A DNA stretch of 64,000 nt from Eledone cirrhosa (GCA_964016885.1 OZ024750.1:26908001-26972000); one strand, 5' to 3'. Positions 1 through 14,792 are shown, numbered from the stretch's first letter. Numbers and translations are program-made. Notes: a model not told the origin generated them from the letters alone.

Positions 1-102
1 TATATATGTTTGCGTGTGTATGTGTTTGTGTGTGTGTGCACGTGTTTGTGTGTGCATGTGTGTGTGTTTGTGTGTTTGATGTTTAATATAGAAATCGCTT
101 CT

Positions 103-182
103 ATTGGACTAGAATAGTTTCATCCAAAGAAATCATCAGGAAATGGCTTTTCTGATGATTACGTTTGAATGAAATAGTTCTA
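103..182. ncRNA. Degenerate fold-back pair of hammerhead-like motifs
   Basis: Minus strand CTGATGA-tttctttggat-GAAA-cta ttc tag-TC; plus strand CTGATGA-ttacgtttgaat-GAAA-tagttcta; stem I pairs poorly. Confidence 0.35.
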
Positions 183-183
183 A

Positions 184-241
<58 letters not shown>

Positions 242-428
242 TTATTTATTTACTTAAGTTTGTTGGTTCTCCACTGGATAGAACTGGTCATTCCGTATGG
301 TCAACCTCGATGTAATATTATGGTGAGCACTCGACGTAATGCAACTCAACTGTCTTCGTTTGTGTAGTTGGTGGTGCGAGTACGGAGTTAATTATTATAG
401 AATAACAGGAGTCCTTGAAAGGTTTATT

Positions 429-486
429 ATACTATGATCATTTCAATGACCGGGTTCACTATGAATCCGGTGACATCATCAGGTAT
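429..486 (-). ncRNA. Type I hammerhead ribozyme (family E)
   Basis: Reverse complement reads atac-CTGATGA-tgtcaccggattca tag tgaacccggtcatt-GAAA-tgatca-TA-gtat: paired stem I, long stem II, palindromic stem III. Confidence 0.85.
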
Positions 487-1499
487 TCAGAATATAACAA
501 AGGAATATATTAGACAAAGTCCATGGGGCTGAAAATCAGAGACATGAGGACGACCGAACATTCAACAGCTTCTACCTCGGTCGACCGCCCCAATTATTTC
601 TGTACAGATGAGAGACGTGTATTTACGCTTAAACAATGAATCAATCTGTTACAATTAATAATTATTCGCAGAGAATTAATATTGAAATGCATTTATTCGG
701 AAGTGTGACAGAATAAATTATTTCTTCACAAGTAGCAAGATTATAAGCAAGAGAACAAATGGAAGTAGATAAATGGGAAATATAGTGAAACATTATTTTA
801 AGGCATGAGACTTATAGCCTTAAAACTTATATCCATATATTTGTATAGCAGCTGTATCATGTATTAAAAGACGGATTGAGAGAAAAATGTGTCATGCGAT
901 AATCAAAGATCGTACTCTAGAATTTGAAATCATTAAACTAAGGATGAAGACTTCTGCAAAAGTAGACTCATTATTGTTTAATCTTGTTACTCAGAGATAA
1001 ACGAAAATCTGAAGTTGAAATCATTTTCACCATGGTAGGAACAGCAGTTATTATTATAACAGTATGGGATTAATGAATTCAAATATAGCGGTGTTATTAC
1101 GCCAATGGTGATTTTTTTTTTCCCTTAAGTGATCTGTTAAATTTATGTCCGGTGTTACTGCTTTAGCATAGCAAATTGCATTAATAATGACTTAGAATAG
1201 TGATACTTTTACTATTATGAGTGTGAATTGCAGCTTTGAAAGATGTAGTGAACAATTAAGTGGATATAATAGACTTAAACATGCTTAAGTTCAATTATAT
1301 CATATCATATATATAAACGCAAGCCTCTCCGAGATATTACCATACCAAACACGTTAGAGGTGTAATATCTTAGACGGTTATCATAAGACCATACGTTAGG
1401 AAGAACGTCTGTAGACGCATAGCTTAAAAAATACGCACGGGTGGGTAATAGGAGGTACCTAATTTAGTTAGTACCAGTTATAAGACACAAACCAGTATT

Positions 1500-2620
1500 C
1501 ACTCACACGCCGTAGTGCATTTTGATAGAATTCTTTATATTTCCGGAAATATTGGTCGTCCGACCTTAAAGAAGGGGAAAATTGTGAATTTTCCCTTCCC
1601 GCATGATACGATGGTTTCTCTGCATGTGGTGTTTCTGACAGAGGGATCTCTAATTTATTTTTTATGGACCCCAACCCTATCATGTAGACCCGTTCTCAAA
1701 TGTAGTATTCTTCACGTTGTGGCAGGGCACAAAATAAATTAAGGTTTTTGTTTTGCAATTCACAATTGCCTTAAATTTGAAAATGTCATTGATTCAAAAG
1801 GAGATTTGCCCTCTCTCTTCAATGAATGAACAAGTTCCGTATCAAGGGTTCCCGCATTTCTTAACTTGCATTGATTCATTGTCAGACGTAAATTTCGCCT
1901 TAATAAACAGTATTTTTAAAGTTAGGTGCTTGGCGTCTACTATATAGTATTTGTGAGTCTTTTATGAGTGCTTTCATTTTGGAGGACTGCTTGAGAATCG
2001 GGAGATATTGTTTAGCGTCTTTCACGATGTTGAAGTTCCATGGATTGTAAGTGACGATAAAAGGGATAACTGCTTTTTCCCTTTTATTTTGTATATTTAT
2101 TTTCCCTCAGTTTTATCACTGGGCTATTCTGGGCCTTGGAGATGGCCGTATTGATGAAGATCACCGGATAGTCTATTAAGGAGCTCTTTTAGTTCATATA
2201 ATCCTTTTTCCTATAGTGTGGTTTGTGTTACTATGGTGCAAATGCGTTTTATCATATAAAAGGGAATGTACCTTTTGGTATGTGAGTGGTGTGCTGACCG
2301 GAAATTCAAGTACTGGTGTGTGTCTGTTAGTTTGTAAAATAGGTTTTTTTTAATATTTTCCCCTTCTTTAATGATAGAGATATCCCAAAACGGTCGTTCC
2401 TTTTTATTTCAATCCATGGTAAATAGTCTTGCTTCGTGAAGCCTGTTTATGATGAAATGGAATCTTTGTAGGTCTCCTTGGCTTCTATTAAAGAAGATGA
2501 AGCAGTCGTCTAGGTAACATTTCCAGTTGTTATTAATGTAGGTGGCAAAGTCGTGACTGAAAGCTTCTTGCAGCTGGGAATATAATTTTACCTCTAGGTA
2601 ACCCAAGACGAGTGTTGCAT
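1500..2620 (-). mobile_element. Decayed Penelope-like element (RT C-terminal half plus GIY-YIG remnant)
   Basis: MGYLE..WKCYLDDCFIF and TDTHQYLNFRSAHHSHTKRYIPF; Cys-rich linker and EEYYI remnant; many stops and frameshifts. Confidence 0.8.
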
Positions 2621-3066
2621 ATGTTGGGGTTATTTGGTGCCCATCGCTGTTTCTTTTGTGTATGTATGTGTATATATATATTCCTGCGATTTTCTGTTTT
2701 TTCTTTTTTCTTTTCTGTTATTCCGAACTATATATATATATATATATATATGTATATACATAATATTTTACCTTTGAACAGAAATACACGGACTACATCC
2801 CGGTTATATCGCGCTCATTTTGTTGGTCCTACTTCTGTTAATTTTAGGTGTGATTGCAGCGATCGTCTACAGGTATGTGATTTCTTGTATCAATACAATT
2901 GTTAGAAGTAATTGGTGAATTTCAATCTGTCTGATGTTTAGATTTAGAATCAATAAAATTGTATTTTTCTTTTATATTTCTATATTGTGTGATTGACCTC
3001 CGTATGTTTCCGCGATGAGTTTTCAATATGAAAACTTATTTTTCCAGTTAGGTTGTTCGGTGAATA

Positions 3067-3279
3067 TTAATGACCACGTATAATATTAAATGTACTAATT
3101 GCAGTCGTTTGACTAATTATTGCCTCATAATTTGACCAGGACATTTTAAAAAAATGTCTTTCACACAAACATAGTAATTGTGTCTGATAGGCTAAAACAA
3201 GCTTTGCCTTGATGTTATTTGAATAGAGATACATCAGGCATAATGTTGGAAACTGTAAAGTATTACATCTAGTTCTCAA
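3067..3279 (-). mobile_element. Possible hAT transposase dimerisation-domain remnant
   Basis: LCERHFFKMSWSNYEAIISQ loosely resembles the hAT motif CERSFSKL..KNYLRS.MSQ. Confidence 0.3.
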
Positions 3280-3861
3280 TATTGTGAATTTCCTATATAT
3301 TTCATATGAGTATTTTATTGTTTTGACTAGAAATATTTTGATTAACTAATTACATTTTCTATAGCGCAAGCAATATCAAGTTTATTTTTTATACCGTTAC
3401 AAGTACAAAATGTCACGAGTCATAGGCATACTTATTGAAACAGTTTATAATTCAGTCTAATATGTTAGAATATTTTAAAAGTATCCTTAAATAATACTCG
3501 TACGAATTAAATACAAAATTTTCAGTCGAAAGCAAAAGCAAATTATTTCAAATTATATAATTTTGAAAAATAGACGTGAATGTTCTCAAAGACTTGATCT
3601 CAGTAAAAAACATTTTTTAAATTTTTATTCTATATTTCACTGTTAACTTTTGCCATATTTGAGTGGATAGACAATTCTACAATTCAAACTGTAAAGTCAA
3701 AATACAAAAGATACAAAATGTGAAGGATTTCTTACCTTTCTCTGGAATCTCAAACTCAAGGGAAAAATAGTACCTTGCAAAATAAAGTGCTTCGGTCACA
3801 AACTTAGTTGCAAAGAATAAATTGAGATGCTTGATGACAGTGAGCAAGAAAAATCTGTATC

Positions 3862-3904
<43 letters not shown>

Positions 3905-4119
3905 GATAGATACACACGCACACACATACACACACACACACACACACACATACATACACACACACACACGTGCACACACACAAACTTGTGTGTGTGTGTG
4001 CCTTGTTTTGGGTACAGAAAGAATTTTGGCTCCAGTTTATATTGCCGGGTCAAAAGCCACTGTTCTGTTCAACAACGTAAAATAACAACGCCATACAACA
4101 CACACACATATATATATAA

Positions 4120-4178
<59 letters not shown>

Positions 4179-4270
4179 GAACACTGGAAAGTAATATCTG
4201 TAGTGGTAGAGCACTCTGTCCATGGGACGAGTTAGGTAGAAGTGGTTTCACAACAGTTAGTTCACCATAC

Positions 4271-4308
4271 CGAGAACAATTGTTTCATCTTAGCGGATCC
4301 TCAGCTCG
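4271..4308 (-). ncRNA. Minimal type I hammerhead ribozyme (family A) in the inverted pLTR
   Basis: cgag-CTGAGGA-tccgctaagat-GAAA-caattg-TT-ctcg. Confidence 0.8.
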
Positions 4309-6441
4309 TAATGAATATCGTTATACGTAACAGGAAGTACAACCGTACGAACGCGCATGCCCAGAAACGATCACTTCACACAGGCAATACTAAATTGCGT
4401 GTGAGCGGTGTGAGGGAGATAACTGCGAAACACCCTAGCACCTTTCAAACTAAACTTAGAAATGATAGTAAGAAATTTAGGTCTTCTAATATCATTTTCA
4501 TTCTTTCCGACAAAACTAATAATATTTACGAAGTCGACAACACCACTTTCCGCCACTTGGCACATAACGCTATTACTTCCAAAAGCTAACCCTATGGCCT
4601 ACCACGACATTAATACAGAAACCAAAGAACTTGCTGCCGCCCTTAACGTAGATAAGAAGCTACAATCTCTATCTAAGCGGGAAGCGTTCCTCACCCTGAA
4701 AGATCACGAGGTAGACTTTACTTCTAACCCCACATGTAGACTAATAAACCCGGCACGCACATATATGGGACTAGTCAGTAAGGCCATACTTAGAAACATA
4801 GTTAAGACCATTTGGACCAAGTCCAACCTGTCCCAGGGGGAGAACAACGACTCCTTAATTAAGTGGTTTAACTCCTTCAAATACAAAAAAGCGAAGTTCA
4901 CACAGTTTGACATTGTTTATTTTTACCCGTCGATATGAGAGACCCTGTTAAACAAAACGTTGGACTTTGCTACCACTTACACTACCGTCGATGGTTTAGA
5001 CAGGGAAATCATCGCTCACTGCCGGAAAACCCTCCTCTTCAACAGCGGATTAGCGTGGGCAAAGAAGTCAAGAACTTCAGACCTATTCGACGTCTCCATG
5101 GCATCGTTTGACAGTGCTAACGTATGCAACTTGTTTGTCCTATTTATTTTAGACATATCACGTGTTAGATTCCCGGACCTCCACACGGGAATATACCGCG
5201 ATGATGGACTGATATTATAGAGCCATAAAAGTGGTCATTACCTCGACAGGTTTAAAAAAGACTTAGCTTCTAGCTTCAATGAGCTAGGACTTAGGATAAC
5301 AGTAGCTACCAACCGCTCTAGCGTAGATTTCTTAGACATTAGTTTAGACCTTCGCACACACACCTACAGACCCTTCCATAAGCTAAACGAAATACTCAAT
5401 TACATACACAAGGACTCACGCCACCCTCCCACTGCTTTTAGAAACTTTGTAAATAATATCAGTACTAGAATCTCAAACCTTTCCTCTAATAAGGCTATCA
5501 TTGACAGGGCGGCACGCTATTATAACACGGCGTTATCTAACAGCGGCTTCTCGCAACCTATCACTTACTCTCCCACTAACAACAACAGCAATAAGAAAAG
5601 AAAGCGTAACAATAGACAAACTATCTGGTTCTCTCCTCCCTTCTCACTCAACGTTAAAACCAATGTAGGCAAAAAATGTCTAGCCCTCTTAGATAGACAT
5701 TTTCCTATAGGTCATACATACTGCTCCATCTTTAACCGACACAAAGTAAAACTAGGATACATCTGCGCTAAGAACATGAAAGCCGACATCATCAACAGCC
5801 CTAAGAGCAACACCCCACCAGGGTGCTCTTGCCGTAAGCCCGAAGCTTGTCCCCTTCAACAGCAATGCAACACACCCGCTGTAGTTTATGAAGCTGTGAT
5901 CACTTCCAACCGACCAAATCAACCACAGGAGGTCAAATCCTATGTGGGTATGGCGGAGGGCTGATTTAAGGAACGCTTCCTGAACCACCAGTCGACCTTT
6001 AAGTACCCGGATAGACGTTCATCCACGAAACTCGCTAGCCACGTATGGTCCCTCAAGGACTCAAATATAGACTACTCCATTCAATGGAAAGCCATCACTA
6101 AGTCCAAACCATACGCAAGGGGCAATCCGTCGTGTGGACTATGTATTGATGAACGAATAAATATTCTAAAGAGATTACGCAATAGTGATTGCATAAACAC
6201 GAAAAATGAATTCTTCACACGTTGTCCACACGTCTGCAAACACCTCTTACATAACTATAAAGCTCCGGATTGAATTACAACAACATCCTAATTTTCTTAC
6301 CAACTAGAAAATTTCGGACTTTCGCAGTTATCTCCCTTACACCTCTCGCACGTAATTTAGTACTGCCTGTATGAAGTGATCGTTTCTGCGCATGAGCATT
6401 AGTACGGTTGTCCTTCCTGTTCCGTATAACCATGTCCATTA

Positions 6442-6479
6442 CGAGCTAAGGATCCGCTAAGGTGAAACAATTGTTCTCG
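6442..6479 (+). ncRNA. Family A hammerhead in the 3' pLTR, core mutated (CTAAGGA)
   Basis: cgag-CTAAGGA-tccgctaaggt-GAAA-caattg-TT-ctcg; G5>A is probably inactivating. Confidence 0.7.
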
Positions 6480-6531
6480 GTATGGTGAACCAACTGTTGT
6501 GTAACCACTTCTATATATATATACATATATA

Positions 6532-7113
<582 letters not shown>

Positions 7114-7639
7114 CTTCACGCATGGTTTAAATAATTGAAATAATTAATTGACCCGCGTGCATATTATTTTATTCTTTTATGTTTGCGATGACCTCCCCTT
7201 TCCGCTCGATGACAGTGTGAGATTTCTCATTGTGAAACTGCTGGAATTTCAAAATTGGCGTTAATTCTAGCACGGAGGGGTACCATCGCTGATCATTAAT
7301 ATCGGTAAGGATTTTTTTTTATATCGATATTTGTCGGGGATCCACTGATTATTTATAATTGCCCACCTACATATATTCCTACGGACTATGTGTAGGCTTC
7401 TACATAACCTAGACATTATTTTCCCAAATTGTAGAAAACTTATAATGAAACGATCGTTTGGAAAGAGAGATGTATTTTAATTATGTCTCATATAAAATAA
7501 TACAACTGGCTATCCGCAAAATACGTATAGTTAGCACCCTAAACGCATAATTGGGATTATACTAAGGTATATCCTAATGTTTGTTGAGTGAGACGGAAGC
7601 CGGTCGGAGTATTGCTTAAAGCTTTCTCTGTTAATGTAT

Positions 7640-7993
<354 letters not shown>

Positions 7994-8105
7994 TAAGAGG
8001 AATTCCAACTTTGTCTGATTTACCCGTTTTATTTACAATCCTTTAAAATTTATAATGGTATTATAATGAAATAGTATGATAGAATATTAAATGTTAAGTG
8101 TTAAT

Positions 8106-8144
8106 TGAACAAGTACTTTCATGCTTTCGCAATCTTCAGTTTCA
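8106..8144 (-). ncRNA. Minimal type I hammerhead ribozyme (family G)
   Basis: tgaaa-CTGAAGA-t tgc gaaa gca t-GAAA-gtac-TT-gttca: GNRA-capped stem II, palindromic stem III, one mismatch at the base of stem I. Confidence 0.72.
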
Positions 8145-8329
8145 TAATGTGTGGTGACAGTCAAGTTTGCAATTTTCAACTGTAATGAGATGGGTAAATT
8201 ATATAAATTATATACAGTGAAAAGTGGCTCCAGAATGCTAAATCTTTCAAACTGTATTTCGACCAATCGGTGTGTAGTTCACTGAATTACTAAAGCTGAT
8301 TGGTTTAGGCGTCACGGTTGGGTGAGCAT

Positions 8330-9090
8330 GTTTAACGACCATGATTTAGGAATAAAGGCGGTTAAATACTGGGTGGAAAAACATAGAGAAGTGATTCCCA
8401 TCAGATTCACAGCGCCATTTATATTAGACGCAGTTAAACTTATTCTGGAACACAACACTTACTTCTTCAATGGAAAGAATTACATCCAAATTAGAAGCAC
8501 AGCCATGGGAACGAAGTTTGTTCCCGTTTACGCGAACTCTGTAATGGGATACTTAGAACAAAAACTCTACCAAGAAATAGAAGAAAAATATAGTACTGAC
8601 TTTAGAGAGTACATTGAAAAATCTTGGAAGAGATACGTTGACGACTGTTTCATCATCTGGACAGAATCTCTAGATACTCCGGATGAGTTCAATATCCTCC
8701 TGAATAACCTACACCCATCTCTCCAATTCACAAAAGAGATGAGTAGGACCAAATTACCATTCCTAGATATAATTGTTTCTACTTTAGGCACAAGGCCACC
8801 AAATACCCAGTGCATTACTGGTACTTTATTTTATCGAGCCCGTAAGGATGAAAGGTAAAGTCAACCTCGGCGGGATTTGAACTCAGATCGTAAAGGGACG
8901 TAACTATGCTGGAAAACATGGCGTCCGACCCTCTACCGATACTGCCAATCCCCCGCCTTTCCTAGATATAATGATAATAAAAAACGACACCTCCATTACC
9001 ACGGATATATATTATAAACACACCGACACCCATCAATATCCGAATTTTAAGTCGTGCCATCCACCTCATACAAAACGCAACATCCCTACA
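8330..9090 (+). mobile_element. Penelope-like RT fragment, interrupted by a SINE and truncated by a Tx1 element
   Basis: STAMGTKFVPVYAN, WKRYVDDCFIIW, LPFLDI|IIK..TDIYYKHTDTHQY. Confidence 0.88.
8774..8958 (-). mobile_element. tRNA-derived SINE (octopus OK-like) with a 14-bp TSD
   Basis: A-box-like tggcagtatcggt and B-box gagttcaaatc on the minus strand; ttcctagatataat repeated at 8760-8773 and 8959-8972. Confidence 0.9.
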
Positions 9091-9094
9091 TACA

Positions 9095-9873
9095 TGGGTA
9101 GAAGAACACAAAAAATAAAAATCCACACCATCCTGCCGATTATGGACATATGGTGGGTTTTGACAGGTTTCCTGGACCTGGATGATGACACGCTGGTGTC
9201 CATGGGAAAGGCATCGGGTGACGCGTTCAGTGGAACGAGCCTCGAACTTGTAGTTCAAATGAGGCCCGAAAGGATCGCCCAGATCCCTGAAGGCGTCATA
9301 CTGGATGATCAAACTTTCATCAACATTACCGTTGAGGGTAGGCGGCCCTCGTGTTACCTCTGCGGAACCAGAGGTCACCTGAGGGCTGTCTGTCCCCAAC
9401 TTAATAAGAAAACCCCAATCCTGCCTACACCACCAACAACTGCACAACCAACACAATCACCACAACTACCACTACAAAAACAACCACCACAGCTCAAACC
9501 AAAACAAAACAATGTCCAACCCATCCCCCCACTCAAAAAACAAAAACAATTTCCAAAACACCCGCACCGCAAACACAACTCGAAAATATACCCCTCCCCT
9601 CCAACGCGGAAGATGACCCTAGTTCGTCGTCAGACGAGGAGGAGCACTTCCACACAATCAAAAGAAAAAAAGAAAACACACCTCAGACACACAAATGAAA
9701 ACAACCCCTCCCCAAAACATAACACTGACACCAACACAAAAGAGCTCACAACAACAGCAAACAAAAAACACCACACAAAAACAAAAACATGCATACACAT
9801 ACATAAACACAAGAAACAAAAAACTGTTAAACATTGTGTACAACAACAATCTAATAAAAACCCAAGGGCCTAA
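9095..9873 (+). pseudogene. Tx1 ORF1 (partial, zinc knuckle)
   Basis: TVEGRRPSCYLCGTRGHLRAVCP followed by a Pro/Gln/Thr/Lys-rich tail. Confidence 0.8.
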
Positions 9874-10195
9874 CTTCACCCAGGCAGGGGATTTCCACCA
9901 CCTCAAAATGATTAAGGCCCCACAGGACACCTATAAAACTTTAAAAAACAACTTTAAAGAGGACGTGGGTCCCCCCTGCGTCGGGCCCATTAACCGCGTC
10001 CTCCTAAAAAAACTACCCCACCCCCTCCCCAAACACCCACACAACTCCAAACTCCCCAACCACACAACACACTGATGCCCCTACACTTCCACAAACCACC
10101 ACCCACCCAACAACCCATCGCCCACCCTAATGGAAATTGTGCAGCCCAATACCCGGGACGCAGAGAGGTAAGTGCCTTTTCTCTTCACCACCAAC

Positions 10196-13100
10196 ATGGC
10201 TATGCTAAGAGTAGGCTGTTTAAATGCGCGTGGCCTGGGCTCAACTTGGAAGCAAGCAATGCTTCTAAATGACCTCAGGTCACAACGTATAGATGTGATG
10301 GTTATTTGCGAGACCCGGATCAGCAACGTGCGACAGCTGGCCCCCACCTTTGATGACTTTGAGATGCACGCATCTCTCTGTCAGCCCGGAGGTGGGGGTG
10401 GGGTTGTCGTTCTGCTGCAAAAACATCTGGGTCTCGCAACACAGATGGTACATTTGGACCCGGAGGGTCGACTAGTGGTTCTGGACCTTGGCAGTGGTAA
10501 AGGCGGAACGTTTAGGTTGGTAGCCGCCTACGGCCCTTTCGGGTCAATGCGGCCGGACTTCTTCCATCGTCTGGAGACTTTTCTAGGGACGTCCCGCTCC
10601 TTGCTATTAGTGGGGGACTGGAATGGTATCCTACATGCACGCTGGGACTACGTAGGGGGCTGTCCCGATAGAGAGGGGTGTAATAGCCTCAAAGGGTTAA
10701 TCGGTCGATTTGACCTGGCCGATAGATATCGACTAGATTTTCCGACTGCGCCAACCTGGACTTGGGCAAATCGTAGCGGATCATCTAGGTCGTACCTAGA
10801 TAGGTTCTTAGTTAGAATTAAGGATAAGGACTTTTTAAGTTGTCCAAAAATGCGCATGGTTGGTTATTCAGACCACAAATTAGTGACCTGCATGGTCAAC
10901 CTTGACAGAACTCATAGACAGGGAACCGGTTACTGGAAGCTCAACTTGTCCTTACCGGCAAGTAAGGCTTACAGGGACCGGATTAGCACTTTAGTTAAGG
11001 AGCGGTTGACGGGCGCCATCGTCAACAGCAGGTGGTGGGGATCTCTCAAAAGAGAGATTAGAGTAGTCTCTATAGAATTTAGTAAGGAGTTAGCCTCAAA
11101 TAGAAATAGGAAGGAAAGGGAGTTGGTAGATAGTGTAGAAGAGGCAATTAGAAGCGGCGACGTAGCCAGAGTGCTAGCGTCGAGAACGGCCCTGGGCCAG
11201 TTCTTCGACGCGAAACACGAAGACTGCAGCGTCCGAAGCAAAATACGTGCTCTGGGAAACGAGGGGACCAAAGCTGTTAGCTGGGCCCGCGTGACAGAAG
11301 CCAAAAGAGGGAGCAGATCCACTATCCGGTCTTTGCGAGACCAGGATGGACGGGTGATCCTTGAACCTAAGCAGATGTGCGAGGCTTTTCAAAAGCACCT
11401 TGCCGGATTGTTCGGAAGGGGCGGGGAGCCGGTTGGGGATGTGGACTTCGGTCCATACCTCGACGGCCTGCCGCGTCTCTCGGACAGGGAGGCGAAGTCC
11501 TGCGAGGAGCCGATTTCAGCCGCTGAGATAGAGGACGTGCTGAGCCAATGCGGCAAACGCAAATCCCCGGGTCTCGATGGTCTTCCATACGAACTATATC
11601 TAGCTATGCCGGACTTGTTCCCCGATCTCCTCGAGGCGGTCTACTGCAACTGGCAACAGAAGGGGAGAATTCCCTGTGCTGTGACCAAGGGCGAAGTCAC
11701 GCTAGTGAGGAAGGACGAGAACAAGGGGGACGATATAAATAATTTTAGGCCCATAACTCTGCTAAATACAGAGTTACAGATTTTGGCAAAGGTGCTAGCA
11801 AAGAGGTTGGCGCTTGTCGTGGGTAACCTGGTGGTAGATGCGCAGACATGTGCTATCCCGTCCAGGTCCATCCATGACAACCTCCACCTCATGCGATACA
11901 TCATAGAGAGGGTTGGGAACGAACCCGGCTTTGGTGGGGCCCTGATCAACTTGGTTCAATCTAAGGCATTCGATAGGGTCGACCATGGTTACCCGGATGC
12001 GGTGTTAGCGGCGGCAGGCTTCGGACCCATTTTCAGGGGCTGGATCAATGCCATGCACAGCAGCCGCATCTGCTCTAGGGTCAAGGTGAACGGCTACCTC
12101 TCGGAGCCGTTCGAAATCGCGCGGTCCATCTGACAGGGGTGCCCTCTCTCCTCCCTTCTGTATGTAATGACTCTAGAGCCACTGCTGCGGAAGTTGGAGT
12201 TGTTGCAGGGCATTCCGTTGGAACCGGGATTGCGGAAAGCGGTGTCAGCCTACGCCGATGACGTAACAGTAATGGTGTCGACGGCCTCGGAAATCGGGGC
12301 GATCGGCACCTTACTGGAGGAGTACGAAAGGTTTACAGGGGCTAAGCTGAACCGGGACAAGTCGATCGGTCTGCAACTCGGTACGTGGAGGGGAAGATCG
12401 ATGCCCTCCGAAGGCGTTGTCGGGCGCTGGACGGAGGGCCCGGTGAAGTTGCTCGGGGTCTGGTTCGGACCAGACCTCCAGGTGGAGAAGAACTGGGGTG
12501 AGGTAACGAACAGGGTGTTTGCACTGACCCAGAAGTGGGCCGAGTGCAAACTGTCCCTGAAAGGTCGGGCGGAGGTGGCGAACACTTATATAGCGTCCGT
12601 CATCTACTACCGCCTGACCGTTGTGCCTTGCCCAAGGGAAACGCTCGCCAAATTGGAGCGCGCACTCTTCCAATTCCTTTGGAATATTCCAATTCCTTTG
12701 GAAGAAGCGGGCTCCTATGGTGAGGAGATCCATCTGCTGTCAACACCCTTCGAAAGGAGGGCTGGGGATGCCGTGGCTAATGATACGTAAACACGCATTA
12801 AGGCTACGGCACCTTCAGGTATTCCTCTCCGGTCAACCGGTGTGGGCCCCGTTTGTGAGGCGAGCCTTTCCCAGACTCGTCTCACTCACCGAGCTGCAAT
12901 CCTGGGTCAAGCAAAGAGCGAGAAAACTGTGCGCCTGGCACACCGGGTGTGCCCAGGTGCTCACGGCTCTCTGGCAGGCGGACCCGGATGTCAGTGGAGA
13001 ATCCACCTCGTCATTCTATAGAGGGCTGGTGGTTAGCAGGTGCGACGACGCCCTCGGAGAAGCCCTAGGCATGGAGGAAGACGAGCTGGCAAACCTATCG

Positions 13101-13650
13101 GTAGGACATTCAGCCCGGGACCCATGGACAACTTCCAGAGGTCCCTGGCCTGGCAATGCTACAGAAGGGCTCTCCCGTTCGAGAAAGGCTATACAGACAC
13201 GGGCGCCCGGGTAGGGACCCCTCGAAAAAGATCTGTCCCAGATGCGTGAGCGACGAGGAAACAGTTGCACACGCATTGGTACACTGCTCGGGCATTGCCG
13301 ATCTGTGGGGCTATGTCGAACAACTGCTGTCAAGGGTGGGACCGATCCGGTTGACCCCCGAGTCTATTGTAACGATCAAGCCGCCTCCCCTCTTCAAAAA
13401 CGAAGAAGAGGCGGTGTTTCTGTGCGTAATAGCCATGGCGAAAGAGGTTGTATGGTGGACGCGTCTGAAAGGACTGAGGTCAGACACCTTTCTCTCTGGC
13501 CAACAACTGGTCCGTTTCTTCCGATATCATTTCGGAAGAAGGATCAGGATGGAGAGAGAGGTGCTGCACCCCAGCCGTTTTTATGAAAGATGGGTGAAAG
13601 TGGCGAGAATGGCCCGTGTGAATGGGCCTTCACTCTACATCAGACTATAG
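10196..13650 (+). pseudogene. Tx1 ORF2: AP endonuclease, reverse transcriptase, C-terminal zinc motif
   Basis: CLNARGL, GDWN, SYLDR, SDH, SPGLDG, NFRPITLLN, AFDRV, QGCPLS, YADD, CPRC..H..C; TGA at 12131, a 19-bp tandem duplication frameshift near 12668-12703, another frameshift near 13100. Confidence 0.93.
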
Positions 13651-13920
13651 GTGAGGAAGATGAAAGACCTAGGGAGCACCCCTTCTCTGTGCTCCCGAGG
13701 AAAGGGGTTGCACACTTTTTTTCGGGGGTGTGTGCGACCCCCCAAGGCGCCTCCTCTCTATTGAGGACTTTGTTATGAATTTTATTTTTATATATTGTTA
13801 TTGCCTCCTCCTTATTGAGGACGCCTTGTTTTGTAAACTCCCCCCATTGTACTTGTCCCACTTTTGATGCCCTGGTCGCAAATAAAAGAAACATATCTAT
13901 ATATATATATATATATATAT

Positions 13921-13972
13921 AATATAAGATCAAAAGATGGTTAAAGGAGTTCCATGTATTTTATTATGCGCA
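13921..13972 (-). mobile_element. Short fragment of family C HHR element
   Basis: Matches 22178-22229 (aatataagatcaaaagatgg...tatgcgcat). Confidence 0.8.
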
Positions 13973-14684
<712 letters not shown>

Positions 14685-14685
<1 letters not shown>

Positions 14686-14790
14686 AACGAAGGAGATGTG
14701 GTAAGGAACCAGGTGGACCATAACGCACCGAAGTACTCAATACTTAGGGTAGTAGAGTGGGTAATAGGAACGAGTAGGTCCTACTCGTTC

Positions 14791-14792
<2 letters not shown>
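14685..14792. mobile_element. Family F element with short terminal hairpin
   Basis: Same tail as 6532-6620, ending in palindrome taggaacgagtagg-t-cctactcgttccta. Confidence 0.75.

Larger units (their letters stand above)
4172..6512 (+). mobile_element. 5'-truncated Penelope-like element with an inverted 5' pseudo-LTR, inserted in (TA)n
   Basis: Disrupted frames 4431-6273: SDKTNNIY, LTLKDH..CRLINP, FDIVYFYPSI, IYRDDG, WFSPPFSLNVKTN, CSC..CPL..C and VVYEA..YVG (GIY-YIG); 4237-4430 is the inverted copy of 6320-6512; (TA)n on both sides. Confidence 0.92.
9095..13892 (+). mobile_element. Tx1/L1-clade non-LTR retrotransposon, near full length but disabled
   Basis: ORF1 with CCHC knuckle, ORF2 with APE-RT-zinc domains, 3' UTR ending in AATAAAAGAAA followed by microsatellite. 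Confidence 0.93.

Noticed and set aside
7199-7247. Hammerhead-like ttccg-CTCGATGA..GAAA-ctgc-tggaa
   Set aside because: Insertion in the core and no UH site; at best a decayed copy
8971-9873. Apparent 300-aa PLE-RT and zinc-knuckle fusion protein
   Set aside because: Chance in-frame junction of a Tx1 ORF1 inserted in a PLE fragment
12131-12133. Programmed readthrough at TGA in Tx1 ORF2
   Set aside because: The paralogue at about 24273 has CGA (Arg); ordinary CpG decay
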